Below, in pieces: positions 38,394 through 51,984 of a stretch of 64,000 nt of DNA (position 1 is the first letter of the stretch; the number at the start of each line of letters is the position of its first letter). Source of the DNA: Camelus dromedarius. Its lineage: Eukaryota. The position numbers were made by a program, and so were the translations under genes. Location: positions 42,844,001 to 42,908,000 of the forward strand of contig NC_087437.1 of assembly GCF_036321535.1 (NCBI RefSeq). Direction: 5' to 3'. The notes beneath the pieces were generated by a model. That model did not search any database, was not told where the DNA came from, and worked only from the letters and a program-made list of their open reading frames with translations.

Positions 38394-38847
38394 CAATAGT
38401 TATCAAATTTTTTGGCCTCAGAACCCCTTTGTACTCTCAAAATTTGTTGAGATCACCAAAGAGGATGCTTCTGTGTATATGAGTTACGTCCATCAATAAT
38501 TTACGTTAGAAGTTAAAACCAAGAAATTTTAGAAATCAGTATTAAATAATTTAAAACAATAATGAAGTCTTATATATCACCATATTTAATATATTTTATG
38601 AAAAAATTAACCACATTTCCAAAAAGTAATTGGTGAGTGGAGAGGTATTGTTTTAATTTTTTGAAAATATCTTTAATGTATGGCTTAATAAAAGAGAGTT
38701 GGATTCTCATATCTGCTTCTGCATTCAATCTGTTGGGATATCACACGTTATGTAGATCCTGGAAAACTCCACTATAAATTCGTGAGAAAATGAATGGAAA
38801 AAAAGGCAAATAATGCCAAATTATTATGAAAATAGTCTGATCTTGAT
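38394..38847. mobile_element. hAT-Charlie DNA transposon fragment (MER119-like)
   Basis: tcaaattttttggcctcagaaccccttt...ttggattctcatatctgcttctgcattcaatctgttg...ttattatgaaaatagt. Confidence 0.75.
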
Positions 38848-38849
38848 CA

Positions 38850-41800
38850 GAAACATTCTTTGTATGACTTGAGTCCTTCAAATATGTTTATGCCTTTTTT
38901 ATTGCTCAGAATATAGGGTGTTTTTGTAAAATTTTCCTATGTACTTGAAAGGAATGTATATTCTGCTGATTTGTGTGAAATTCTCTATAAATGCTAATTA
39001 GGTCAACATGGTTGATAGTATTGCTCAAATCTTCTATATCCTTACTGATTTTCTGTGTAATTATTCTATCAATTGTCATGAGAGTGTTGTTGAAATATCT
39101 GACTGTAATTGTGGATTTGTGTCTTTTTCCATGCAATTCTATCAGTTTTTGCCATGTACATTTGGAAGCTCTATTATGAAGTGTGTAAGCATTCAGATTT
39201 GTTAAGTCTTCTTGAAGAATTTAACCCTTTATCATTATGAAATGACCATTTCCCCTTGCTCTTCTTTGCTTTGGTATTATTATAACCACTCCAGGCTTTT
39301 TTAAAAATTAGTGTTAGCAGGGTATATTTTATTTCTATTTTTAAAATTGTAACCTACTTTTCTCATATTTAAAGTGTGTTTCTTGTTGGCAACATATAGT
39401 GGGGAATTGCTTTATATTCAAACTGACAATCTCTCTCTTTTATTTGGAGTTATTTAGACCACTTGTCTTGAATGCTGTTAGGTTTGACTGATGCTGTTAG
39501 GTTTAAATGTATCATTTGCTATTAGTGTTCTCTTTGTCCCATCTCTTCTTCATCCCCTTTGTCTTCATTTTCCTTTGATAGATTAACTCTATATTCTTAT
39601 GACTCTATTTTATCTCCTTTGTTGGATTATTAACTATAATTCTTTGTTTTGCATGTGTTAATGGTCATTTTAAGGTTTACAGGATATACGGTTTAATCCA
39701 TCACAGTATCCCTTCAAGTGACATTATACCACTTATTTTACAGTATTACAATCTTACAGTAGTAGACTTCCATTTCGTCCCCCCGATCTTTATGTAGCTA
39801 GCACATATTTGGTTTTACAGATGTTGTAAACCATCCACTACATTATTGTTTTTGTTAAAACAATTTTATTTTAAAGGATTTATGCAAAGTAACATATTTT
39901 ACATATTTATCCATGTTACCTCTATCAGTGCTTCTCATTCCTTTGTGTGGATCCAGATTCCCACCCGGTATCAGTTTCCTTTATCTCAACACTGCCCTTA
40001 GTATTTCCTGCAGTATGAGTCCGCTGGTGATGAAATCTTCAGTTTTAGTAGACCTGAAAAAGCTATTATTCCTTCATTTTTTTCACTGTTTATAAAATTC
40101 TAGGCTAATTCTAATATATTTCTTTCCTCTGTAATTTTCTTGCTTTCATTGAGTCCAGCCAGAAATCTGCTGTCTTACTTACCATTTGTTATTCTATACA
40201 TAATGTGTTATTTTTCTGACTACTTAAGAAATTTTCTTTTTATCACTGGTATTGATTATGATATGCTTTGGTGTAGTTTTCTTCATATTACTTGTTGACA
40301 TTTGTTGAGATTCCTGTATCTGTGAGTTTTTTTATTTCATTTATATATGAAAAAAGTTAGGTCATTTAAAAAATATGTATTTGTGCTTCTCCCCCCACTT
40401 TTCTTCAGGGACTCCAATTACAGTTAAGTAAGTAATTTGAAGTCCTATGACTTAGTTATGCTCCAGTAATTTCTTAAATACTCTTTTCTTTCTCTGTTTT
40501 ATTTTGGATGGATTCTATTACTTTGTCTTCAGGTTCACTTAATTTTTCTTCTGCAATGTCTAATGTGCCATTGATCCTATAGAGTGTATTTTTAACTTCA
40601 GACATTGTGGTTTTCATCTTTAAAAGTTCAATTTAAATTTCCTTTATCTCTTCTATGTCTCTACTTAACATGTTCGATCTTTCCAATAGGTTTGCAAACT
40701 TATAGAATATAGTTAAAATAACTATTTAAATATCCTGATCTGCTAATTATTATAATAGTGCCAGATGTGGCTTGGTTTTGTTTAATTTTTCTTCTTATTC
40801 TGAGTTATATTTTCCTGCTATTCTGCATGACTAATAACTTTTTATTAGATGTCAGATACAGTGATGTTTACCTTGTTGGTCCCTGGATATTTTTATATTA
40901 CTCTAAATATTCTTTTTCTCCCATTTATTGAGATGTACTTGATGTATAATATTGTATAAATTTATGGTGTACAATGTGATGATTTGAAATGTTTATCACA
41001 TTATGGTTAGTTAACACAACCTTCATGTCACATTTTGTTGTTTTTGTTATGATAAGAATATTAAAGCTTTACTCTCTCAGCAACTTCCTGGTATGTAATA
41101 GAGTATTTTTAACTATAGTCACCACACTGTACATTAGATCCCCAGAACTTATTCATTGTATAACTGAAAGTTTGTATCCTTTGGCCAACATCTCCCCAAC
41201 GTCAGTTCTGCTCTCTGTTTTTATGTATTTGATTGACTTTTTTTTTTTAGATCCCACATATAAGTGATTCCATGCAGACTTTCTTTGTCTGGCTTATTTT
41301 ACTTAGCACAATGCCTTCTAGGTCCATTCATGTTATACATATTATATCACATTTTCTTTATCCAGTCATCTGTCAATGGACACTTAGGTTATTTCCCAGT
41401 CTTGGCTATTGTGAATAATGCTGAAATGAATGGAGTGCAGATACCTCTTCAAGATAGTTTTTCCACTTCCTTCAGGTATATACCCAGAAGTGGAATTGTC
41501 AGATCATATGGTAGTTCTATTTTTAATATTTTGAAGAACCTCCATAATGTTTTTCACAGTTGCTGTACCAATCTACATTCCCATCAGGAGTGCACCAAGG
41601 CTTTCTTTTCTCCATGTCCTGGGCAGTATTTGTTATCTCTTGTCTTTTTCATAGTAGCCATTCTAACAGGCATGAGGTGATATCTTAGTGTGGTTTTGAT
41701 TTACCTTTCGCTGATGATTAGGGATGTTGAGCACATTTTGTATATTTATTGGCCATTTGTATGTGTTCTTTGAAAAAAATACGTCTATTCAAGTCATCTG

Positions 41801-43290
41801 CTCATTTTTTTAATTGGATTTTTTTGGCCATTGAGTTGTATGTGTTTCTTATATATTATAGATAATAACTCCTTATCAGATATATCATCTGGCAATATTT
41901 TCCCTCGTCCCATAGATTTCCTTTTATTTTGTTGTTTCTTTTGCTATACAAAGGCTTTTTAGTTTGATGTGGTACCATTTGTTGACTTTTGCTTTTGTTG
42001 CTTGTGCTTTTGATGTTATGTCCAAAATATCATTGCAAAGATGATATTAAGGAGCTTTTTCCTTAAGTTTTCTGCTAGGAGTTTTATACTTTTAGGTCTT
42101 ACATTATGTTTTTAATCCATTTCAAGTTACTTTTCGTAAATGGTATAAGATATGGATTTAATTTAATTCTTCTGCACATGTAGATACCCAGTTTTCCCGA
42201 CACCATTTATTAAAGAGACTATCTTTCCGCCTTAGGACTCTTGGCTCCCTTGTCAAATATTAATTGACCACATATGTGTGGTTTTTATTCTGGGCTCTCA
42301 ATTTTGCTCCTTTTGTCTATGTGCCTGTTTTTATAGTATCATACTGTTTTTATTAAAGTAACTTTAAATAGAGTTTGAAATCAGGAGGTGTGATGCCTCC
42401 AGCTTTGTTGTTTCTCAAGATTGCTTTGGCATTGAGGGGTATTTTGTAGTTCCATACGAATTTTAGAATTTTTTTTCTATTTCTGTGAAAAATGCCATTG
42501 GAATTTTGATAGAGGTCGCATTGAATCTATAGACAGCTTTGAGTAGTATGGCTATTTTAACAACATTAATTCTTTGGATCTTTAATCCAAAAAACTTTCC
42601 ATTTTTATTTGTATTCTTTTCAATTTCTAAATATCTTGATTTTTTTAATGTAATTAAGTTATTTGGAAATTGTTTGATCTTTTTGGGTCTTGCTTTTAAG
42701 ATTTATTAGGCAGGACTGAGACTGTGCTCAGACTAGAGCTATTTTCTGTTACTGAGACAACGCTGTTCTGAGTACTCCATGCAGTGTCCCGTGAATCATG
42801 AGTTCAGTGTGGCTATTGGAACAACCACTACTTCCAGTCCTATGTGGCTGTTGGGCATTGTTACTTTTAAATCTTTTGAGTGTGCCTTCCTTAGTCCTGG
42901 TAATTTCCTCATTCATGCACTGATTAATACTCTGCTAAATACTTGCTGGGGATTCTTTGAAAATCTCTGGGGTTCTCTGTTTGTGTAACTCTTTCCTCTC
43001 TGGTAGTTTTCCCCAGTAACACTAGCTGTATAATGTCTCCCCAGACTCTCAACTCTATCTCCTCAACTCAGGGAGCCCAAGAGTGTCACTCAGTTCCCTT
43101 TCCCAAGGCAACGGCCTGAATATTGCCCCCAAACAGTAAACTGGAACAATTGTCGTGCCCATATTTTGGGTTTGTTTGGTTTTGTCACCTTGTCGAGGAT
43201 TACTGTCCTTCATTGCCAGATACCCATTGTCCTGAAAAGTATTGTTTCATATATTGTTTCATTTTACTTTTTATTGTCCTCTGACTTCCC
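38850..43290 (-). mobile_element. Ancient L1M 5' half (endonuclease start, ORF1 region, 5' UTR), split by the insertion at 40915-42625
   Basis: ORF 38906..39136 resembles the L1 EN domain (QKISKDIEDLSNTINHVDLISIYREFH). Sequence resumes collinearly after 42637. Confidence 0.75.
40915..42625 (-). mobile_element. L1MA-like 5'-truncated element nested in older L1
   Basis: tttattgagat...aactatagtcaccacactgtacattagatccccagaacttatt plus antisense ORF2. TSD tctaaatattctt (40902-40914) / tctaaatat-ctt (42626-42637). Confidence 0.88.
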
Positions 43291-43814
43291 TTTTAACTTA
43301 AAGGTAGCTACTCTGAGGTACAAAACGTTTTGGTAGGAAAGCAGCACCCTGAACCCCACTTTTGCTAGCAGCACCATAGAACTTTCTGTAGCAAGACACT
43401 CATCTGGTCTCTTGCTATGCTGCCCCTTTCAATTGCTGCCCCCACTTCTGGTACCAATTATTGTATTGGATAGAAGCCAGGGGCTACAACAGACACTATT
43501 TTAGTTTGTTTAAGGAAAAACTGGTTTATTACCAGATGGTTATGGATATAGTTGAGGCAGCTAGAAAAACAGACTCCAGGGAGCTTCCAGCAACAATTCT
43601 TAGGCCGTAGAGTAATATCATTTCTATGTGAGTAGAAAAGCAACTTCTACTGCTGCAAGGAAATACCAAATCTGGAAGTGCTAACTACAGAACCAAACTG
43701 CCTTTGCCATAATCCGCCTCAGCAAAACGAATTCCTCATGTCCTCTGTCTTCCGCCCCGCTCATTTCTGGGTCCAACTCATAGGGTCGTTTATTTAATTG
43801 AGAGGTGTTTTGAC

Positions 43815-43992
43815 ATCACGATTAAGAGCAAGAAACTTAAAGCCAAACTGTCTGGTTTTAAATTCCACCTTCACTATATCGTACCTATCTGTGCCTCAGT
43901 CCTGTTATCTGTAAAACAGAGAAAAAATTAGTGCCTATCCCCTCAGATTGTTGTGAGACTAAATATTAAATGCTTAGAACATTTCTGGCACA
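43815..43992 (+). mobile_element. MIR
   Basis: ctgtgcctcagt...atctgtaaaac...ttgttgtgagactaaat...gcttagaacatttctggcaca. Confidence 0.8.
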
Positions 43993-46360
43993 CACACACT
44001 TACACACAGATGTTAGACAAGTGTTAGGAATTATTTTATTACTGTTAGCAGCAGCATCAAGGGAGTCTAGCTTAGATCCACAGATAGGATGTCAGACTAT
44101 CTATCCAGTCCACAGTTTTGGGACTCACAGTTCTAAGTATAAGAACATTATATTCATTGCTGTTAAGCTAGGTTTGATATGAATATAGATATTTATTTCA
44201 GTACATTTGGTTTCTGAAACTCAGATAAATTTCTGAAACTAAATCACTGTGCACCTAAACTAGAGTGAATTAACCAAACGATGTCACCATGTGGAGACCT
44301 ATTCTCTAGGTGGCATTTTCCATATCTTATTTTGTACCTTCCTTTAACCATAATTGTACCTAGGTTTCATAGTAGTAATAAAATAGGATATGGCTGAGAA
44401 GAATAGGGACATGAGAGGGACTGTAACCCTGAGTACAAAAAGCAAACTTAGGAGAGGTGAGAAAGTAGGAGAAAAGGACAATAAATCTATATGGTTTTAA
44501 ACTGTCCAATTGGTGACAGTTTAATAGTGGAAACTAACAAAGAATGTTGATTGCTGTCGTATTATACAAGATGCAATGGGAACAGAGAAGAAATACATTT
44601 AACTTTCTGAGGGAGTCAGGGTTAAGTCAACACAAAAGTGACTCTTAAGCAAGGAAGTCATTGGTTTTGAGGATATTAAGAATCTACAGGGTCAAGAAGA
44701 TACATCATTAATGCTGAATTTATTGAAAAACATATTCAGATAAAAGAAACTTTTTTAAGCAGGAAAAATAAAACAGAAATCAAAGAACATTATAAGGGGC
44801 AATAGAATAAATGTCACAGGCAGTGCAGAAATAATTGCTAAAGCAAATAATTATGGTGATTCAAAGAGTATACATGTATAAATGTTATAAATGGTTTGGA
44901 CTTCTGTTGCATCATTACAGTGATATAATGACAGGCAAGGTGAAACCTAAATAATTAAAAGAAGAACCAGACTAAAGCAATGAATACAGCTTTAGAGCAG
45001 AAAAAAAATACTTTAGATGTTTTTCTTTTTATGCTTGTCAATTGACCCAAGCTCATTTTATGACAATAACATAAAGCTATTTTTCTTAACCAGCTGCTAA
45101 ACAACTTTTTCCCCCTTTTTTACACACAAGAAATAGTGAGGATCAGCAGACCTGATAAAAAAAGAATACCAAGATGAGGAATAAACTTAAAGATTGTTCT
45201 TAAATCACACAAGATGTGTTTAATCAAACTAAAGGTGTTTTTCTCCTTCTGGGAAGAGTATCATAAATGATGCAAATGAGTGAATTAACATATCTATTCT
45301 AGCATAAATAACTGCATAGTGACTTGTGAGGAATGACAAAAAAGAAAAAATTTTTTTACAATAATTATAAACACTAAAATAATTTGAAGATTTATAACAT
45401 GATAAAGCTTAAAGTAAGGAAAATGGTTCTTTCTCTTTTTCCTTCCGTTGGAATTGAAAGTTTCTTTTCTCAAAGAGCACAGAATTTCAAAGCTGAAGTA
45501 GTGTTCACATTGGAGCTAGAATTGGTCAAGGAAGTAGCTATTGGGAACTTCATTATACTTCTGTATACCATAAACTTTCTCATAACACAGGTGTTTCATA
45601 TTTCTAAATTATCAAGTTAGGTCCCACTCATTATCTACCCTCTACTGCATTTCTTTGAATTCTTACTTATTGTACATAATGACAAGATTTGTTTGTCTTT
45701 GCAGTTTTTCGTTTTTACTCTGATGGGCACTTTTATTCATAAAGAGGGGTTATCTCCTACCCACTGTTCTTTATTTCTCCACGTGTCTTCCTTCTCTCTA
45801 ACACAAATGTTTCACCTTCTCCATGGTTCCCTGCTCTCAAATCACTTCTATCTACATGATTTCTAACATCATCTTGCTTTTCTCAACTTTACTTGAAACA
45901 TCAACAAGTTGTCATCTTTGAGGTATGATTTATGTAAAATAGTATGGTCAGATTGATGAATTGTATAAACCTGTGCAACCACAACTCCAGAAAAGACAGA
46001 GATAATTACACCCCAGGAGCTTCCCTCATGCCCCTTTCTAGCCAGTTTACCACCTTCAAGAGGTAATCAAGTGTCCTAATAATGTGCATTAGTTATGCCT
46101 GTTCTTAGCTTTCATGTAAATAAAATCAAATAGCGTATACTCTTTTGTGTCTATATTCTTTCACTAGCTATGGTATTTTTGAGATTTATCCCTATTGTTG
46201 AAATTACTGATACTTTGTTTATATTTATTTTTGAAGAGTATTTTATTTTGTGAATATATCTCACTTTGTTTATCTGTATACCTCTTAATGGATATTTGGG
46301 TTGTTTCTAGTTTAAGGTATTATCGTTGAAATTGCTATCAATATTTTTATATAAGTCTTA

Positions 46361-46432
46361 ATATATATATGTATATATATATGTGTGTGTGTGTTATGTG
46401 TGTGTGTGTGTATATATATATACACACACATG
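46361..46432. repeat. Compound (TA)/(TG)/(CA) microsatellite
   Basis: Read directly from the sequence. Confidence 0.9.
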
Positions 46433-46902
46433 CATTTTTTTTATCTTGGGTGAGTCGAGTTGCTGGATCATAGGGTAGATTTATGTTTAACTTCATGGGA
46501 AAATTCCAAACAGTGTTCAAAAGCAGTTGTGTCATTTTACACTCATACCATTAAAAAAATGAGATACAGCCGCTCTATAAATTTGCCAACATTTGTATTA
46601 TCATTATATTATCATTATTTTTTATAATCTTAGCCATCCTACTGGGTGTAACATGATGTTTCATTATATTTTTAACTTGCATTTTCTTCAAGGTTAAGGA
46701 TGTAAATACCTTTTCATGTGCCTGTTGACCATTCTGTACCTTTGTGATGAATGTTAAAGTCCTTTGACCATTTTTAATAATCTTTTTTATTTTTGACTTG
46801 TAACTTTTGATATTTTCCGGATATAAGTTCTTTCTCTGATATGTATTTTGCAAATGTATTTTTCTTATGTGTAGATTGACTATTTTTTTAACAGTATCTT
46901 TT

Positions 46903-46998
46903 CCCCTACAGCTTTATTGAGGTATAGTTGACAAAATTATAAGATATTTCAGTATATAGCAGAATGATTTGATATACACATACATTGTGAAAAGATTC
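46903..46998 (-). mobile_element. Very short L1MA-like 3' end nested in old L1
   Basis: cagctttattgaggtatagttgacaaa...atgatttgatatacacatacattgtgaaa. Confidence 0.7.
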
Positions 46999-47110
46999 TT
47001 AGTGGTACATTTTGATGTTCAAAATTTTTAATTTTAATAAATTAAAAATTATCAATCCTTTTCTTTTATAGTTTATCAAATTCATGTTTTGTTTTAAAAA
47101 TCTTTGCCTA

Positions 47111-49038
47111 GAGAATGATGTCAGAAAGATGGCAGAACATGAGGTCCCCAGCTCATATCCCCCAAAGAAACAATGTTTTGGCAGTCTTTCACAGACAAAA
47201 ATGCCTTATGGCAGCTTTGGGATCCAAGTAGGAGGTTGTAAAACTCTGATGGAGCCCAAGAACAAAAAGGGCCACTTTGGGAAGGCAGGCCGATGCCCGT
47301 CTTGAAACAGCTCAGTTTCCCTGTAGACTCAGCTATAGCACTGTTTGGCCTTGGTTCTGACACCATCTGCCAAGTGACAAGGAAGGAACCTATTCACGCC
47401 TTGGGCAGTGGGCCTACCAACCTTATTCCTGGCCATGGACCCTGAAGTGGCCTGTGATCCAGCTCCAGGCCAGCACAGGAAGTGGCCTGAAGTGGCCTGT
47501 GATTCAGCACAGGCCAGCATTATCCTGACACAAAAGTCGGATAAGGCTACTACAAGAAAACTGTAGACCAATATTTCTGATGAATATAGATGCAAAAATC
47601 CTCAACAAAATGTTAGGAAACCAAATTCAACAGTACATTACAAGGATTATACCATGATCAAGTGGAAGATATCCTTGAGAAACAAAGATGTTTTAACATA
47701 TGCAAATCAATAAATATGATGCACCACATTAACAGAATAAAGGATAAAAATCATATGATAATCTCAAAAGATGCAGAAAAAAAGCATTTAAGAAAATTTA
47801 ACATCCTTAAAAAAGAAAAAGAAAATTTAACATCCTTTTATGATAAAAATTCTCAACAAATTAGGTATTCAAGGAAAGTGCTTCAACATATAAAGGCCAT
47901 GTATGACAAGTCAATTGCTAACATCATACTCAATAGTGCTAAAAGTTTTTCCCCTAAGATCAGAAACAATACACAGTATCACTCTTACCACTTATGTTAA
48001 ATATAGTTCTGTAGGTCCTGGCCAGAGAAATTTGGCAAGAAAAAAAAATAAAATTCGTCCAGATTGGAAAGGAAGATATAAAACTGTTACTATTTTCAGA
48101 TAACATGATCTTGCATGTAGAAAACTCTAAAGATCCCACCAAGAAACTATTAAAACTATTAAGTAAATTCAGTAAAGTTGTAGGATACAAAATTAACATA
48201 TAAAAGTCAGTTGCATTTCTATACATTAACAACAAACTATGAAAAAGAAAGCAGAAAAATAATTCCACTTATAATCACATAGACAAGTATAATCAAAAAG
48301 AATAAAACAGGAGTAAATTTAATCAAGGAGGTGAAAGATCTCTGCACTGGAATGTACGAGACACTGATGAGAGCAACTGATGAAGACACAAATAGATAAA
48401 AAGATATCCTGTGTCCATGGATTGGGAGAATTGATACTGTTAACGTATCTGTAATACCCCATAATAACCTGCAGATTCAGTGAAGTCCCTATCAAAATTC
48501 TGAATTTCACAGAAATAGAAAAAATTCTAATTTTTATGTGAAATCACAAAAAAACCTCAAATAGCTAAAGCAGTCTTGAGTAAGAAGAACAAAGCTGGAG
48601 GCACCACACTTCCTGATTTCAAATTACATTACATTAATAATAATGTATTGTGTATTTGAAATATCTGAACAGGGTAGATCCTAAGTATTCTCACCATGAA
48701 AAAAAAAAGTAACTATGTGAAGTGATGGATGTTTAATTAGCTTGAATATAGTAATTATTTCACAATATATATGTATATCAAATCATGTTATTCTACACCT
48801 TAAACTTAAACCATTTTTACTTCTCAATTATACCTCAATAAAGGTAGAGAAGAAAGAATATATAAGCATAATTGTGTTTATGAGCATAAACCTTAAGCAT
48901 TACTGCAAACAACTGGAAATTCCATGTGACAAATTTAGTGTTTTATGCATTTCCACAAAAATATTGAAACAAGTCCCAAATTTTATGCATCTTTATAAAA
49001 CATGACATGAGTGAAAATAATCATTCATACTTAAAAAA
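47111..49038 (+). mobile_element. Internally deleted L1 (5' UTR + RT segment + 3' end) with 3' transduced sequence
   Basis: Begins gagaatgatgtcagaaagatggcag (L1 5' start motif). RT region 47511-48633. L1 3' end with AATAAA at 48837. TSD aaaaatctttgccta (47096-47110) / agaaatctttaccta (49039-49053). Confidence 0.85.
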
Positions 49039-51439
49039 AGAAATCTTTACCTACTCCAAGTTCTTGACAATATTGTCCTATGATTTTTATTACAATCTTT
49101 ATGGTAATCTTTTATATTAGGTCTGTGATTCACCTCAAAAATTTTACATGTAGAATGAAATAGGGATTGAAGTTTATTTCACTTTTCATAGCAATCTCCA
49201 ATTATTCAAGCATCATTTGTTAAAACAAAACAAAACTCTTTTTTTATAACTGAAAAAAGTTTATACCTAGGCAAAATCCAATTTACCATATATGTGTGTG
49301 GATTTTACATATATTTTCTGGGCTCTCTATTCTATTAAGTTAACCTTTAGTCTATCTTTACAACAATTTCACACTGTCATACTTACTGTAGCTCTATAAA
49401 ATGTTTTAATATCAAGATTTGTAAATCTTCCAGAATTTTAATTCTTTATATGATCATTTGGGTTTCTGTATGAATTTCAGAGTGAGTTTGTCAATTTATA
49501 CAATAAAATTTACTTTTGCATCTTGACATTATATTTGGCAACATACGTAATTTTGCTTATTAACTCTACTTGTGTTTTATTTAAAGGAGGGGTTCTATCA
49601 GGTTTTCTACATATGGACAACTTTGTTTTCTGTGAATAACAATATTTTTACTTCTAATTTCGTAATAATTACATCACTTACTTATTTTTCTTGCCTTGTT
49701 GCAATGCCTAGGATTGCTAATAAGTGCTCAATAGAAATAATATGAAAAAATACTTCCTTTAGTTTTAATTTAGGAAGAAAAAAATTAGTCTTTCAGCATT
49801 AAATATAATGCCAGCTAGAAGATTTTGGAGAGGTCCTTCATCAGCCTGACAAATTTTCCTTTTATCTCTAGTTTACTGAGTGTTTTTCTCATGAATGCAG
49901 ATTGTATTTTGTCAAATGCTTTTTGACTATTTATTGAGACAGTCATATTATTTCCATTATGCTTTTAATGGGATGAATTATATTGATTAATTTTGATGAT
50001 TAAACCAACCTTTCATTCTGGGATACAACCTTCTTTGTTATGTGGTATTAATTTTCTTCTACACATAATGGATCTTTTTCCCATAGGAATCTTTAAGATT
50101 TTCTTTTTACTAATGTTTTTTGGAAGTTATGATGTGTCCTGGTGCACTTTTTTTCATGTTTCTTATGGTTGGGATTTAAGATTTTTGAATTTGTGGTTAT
50201 CAAGTTTCATGAAATATGGAAAAAATTCCAGCCATTATTTTTTCAAATATTTTGTTTTGTCTTTTACTTTGATGACTTCAGTTACTCATATAATAGGCCA
50301 CTTGAAGTTGTCACACAGCTTACTGATGCTCTGGTCATTTTTGTTCATTTTTTTCCAGTATTTTTTTAATCCTCTGTTTGTTTTGGATTTTTCTATTGTT
50401 GTTTGTTAAGTTCAGTAGCCCTTTCACTATTAGTGTCTAATTTATTTTTAATACTATCTAGTACATTTTTCATCTCAGGCATTATATTTTTTTATCTATG
50501 TCAGTTTGTGTGTATATACATACATCTTTTTTGTTCCATATTTGTACCTTACATGACTAGTCTTTTCTACATTCTTGAAAATATGGAAGGTTAGTATAAG
50601 AATTCTATTTTAATATTCTTTTCTAATATTTTTATTATCAGGATCCTTTCATGGTCTGTTTCTGTTGCTTGACTATTTTTTATATTGTAGGCTGCATTTT
50701 CTTGCTTGGCAGACATTGTGGATTTTACCTTTTTGAGTACCTGATACTTTTGTATTTCTATAAGTAATCTTGAGTTTTGTTTTGTTTTTCCCCTGTGAGT
50801 AGTTAAATTATTAGGATATGGTTTGATCTTTGCTTTTAAGTTTTGTTAGATGAGACCAAAAGAGCCTTTGTTTAAAGTTCGTTCTGTCCCACTACTAAAT
50901 AAATACCATTTTGAGTACTTTACTTAGTGTCCCCTGAATTCTGAGGCTTTTTACTGTCTGATGGGAACACAAACTATCCCTGGTCTTTGTTAACACCAAA
51001 GGTTGTTTGTTCTGCATGTTCCTTTCTGTGGTTTTTCTTACTCCAAGTGTTAGATAATTTTTTCACACACACTTGCTGATCAACACTTAGCTAAACACTC
51101 CATGGGAACCCTCTGTAGATACCTAGAACTCTCTCACTCTGTGCAGCTCTCTTCCCTAGCTGACCCCTTGGCCTTCCTTATTTGCCACTTACATCTCCTC
51201 AACACAGAAAGATCTCCACTTCCTGCACTGCAAGCTGGAAACCCTCTCCTGGCAGTAAACTGGGAGATTTCAGCCTTCCTCTTGTTTGTGTTTTCTCTCT
51301 CAGGGTTCATGGTCCTGAATCGCTTGGTGTCCAATAACTGATACTGCATTTTAAAAATATATTAGTATAATTCACTAGTTTTTCTTAGGAGGGAGTTAAA
51401 TATAATATGTTACTTCATTTTGGCCAGAAGTATAATTTC

Positions 51440-51610
51440 TCCTGCTTCTTTTTGATCTCCTTCTGGTGCTTTCCATTAGCTGAACTCAAGCCAAAATCAC
51501 TGGACAAGAGAGCCAGTGGATATATCGAGGTTGGTCTTGTGGAATATATAGCAGGGTGGAGAAGGTCAGAGAGAGGATCTGAAGGGGCAAATAGAGGCTA
51601 TCCAGCATAG
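51440..51610. mobile_element. Old ERVL LTR fragment (LTR33-like)
   Basis: agcagggtggagaagg...ggatctgaaggggcaaatag...tatccagcata. Confidence 0.55.
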
Positions 51611-51984
51611 ATTACCAATGTGATTTTCATCTTAGCCACTTAAAAAAAGTTACTCTTAGAAATAAACTGGACTAGGTTCTTTGGCCTCATTCTCTATGCT
51701 AAGCATCCAGAGGCTCTGCAACGTATGATAAACTCAGCCATTCTGCAACTTCATAGCTCTGAAAATATATGTGTCTTGATTTACACACATTTTATTCCAA
51801 TACATAATTTTGAATATATAGTCATTTTGGCTATTTGCTCATGCATATGATTTAAAACAGAGGGGAAGTTTTATAATTTCAAAAGTTAAGAGCTCAGTCT
51901 CTTATTTTTATTTAGTGGTTTCTCAATATTTAGACTCAAATTCAATATATGTACTCAATATACCCAAATGACAATAGTGGATAT

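Larger units (their letters stand above)
45900..51431 (-). mobile_element. Ancient L1ME/MD-like element(s), split by later insertions
   Basis: Antisense 3' end from ~45900. ORF2 rejoins across the 47111-49038 insertion (aaatctttgccta|ctccaag). The 5' region ends gttacttcattttggccagaagt. Confidence 0.75.

Noticed and set aside
28660..51431. Three similar segments (~28660-29448, ~42640-43290, ~50700-51431) as a local segmental duplication
   Set aside because: They are highly diverged and each sits in L1 context, so they are better explained as independent ancient L1 5' regions.
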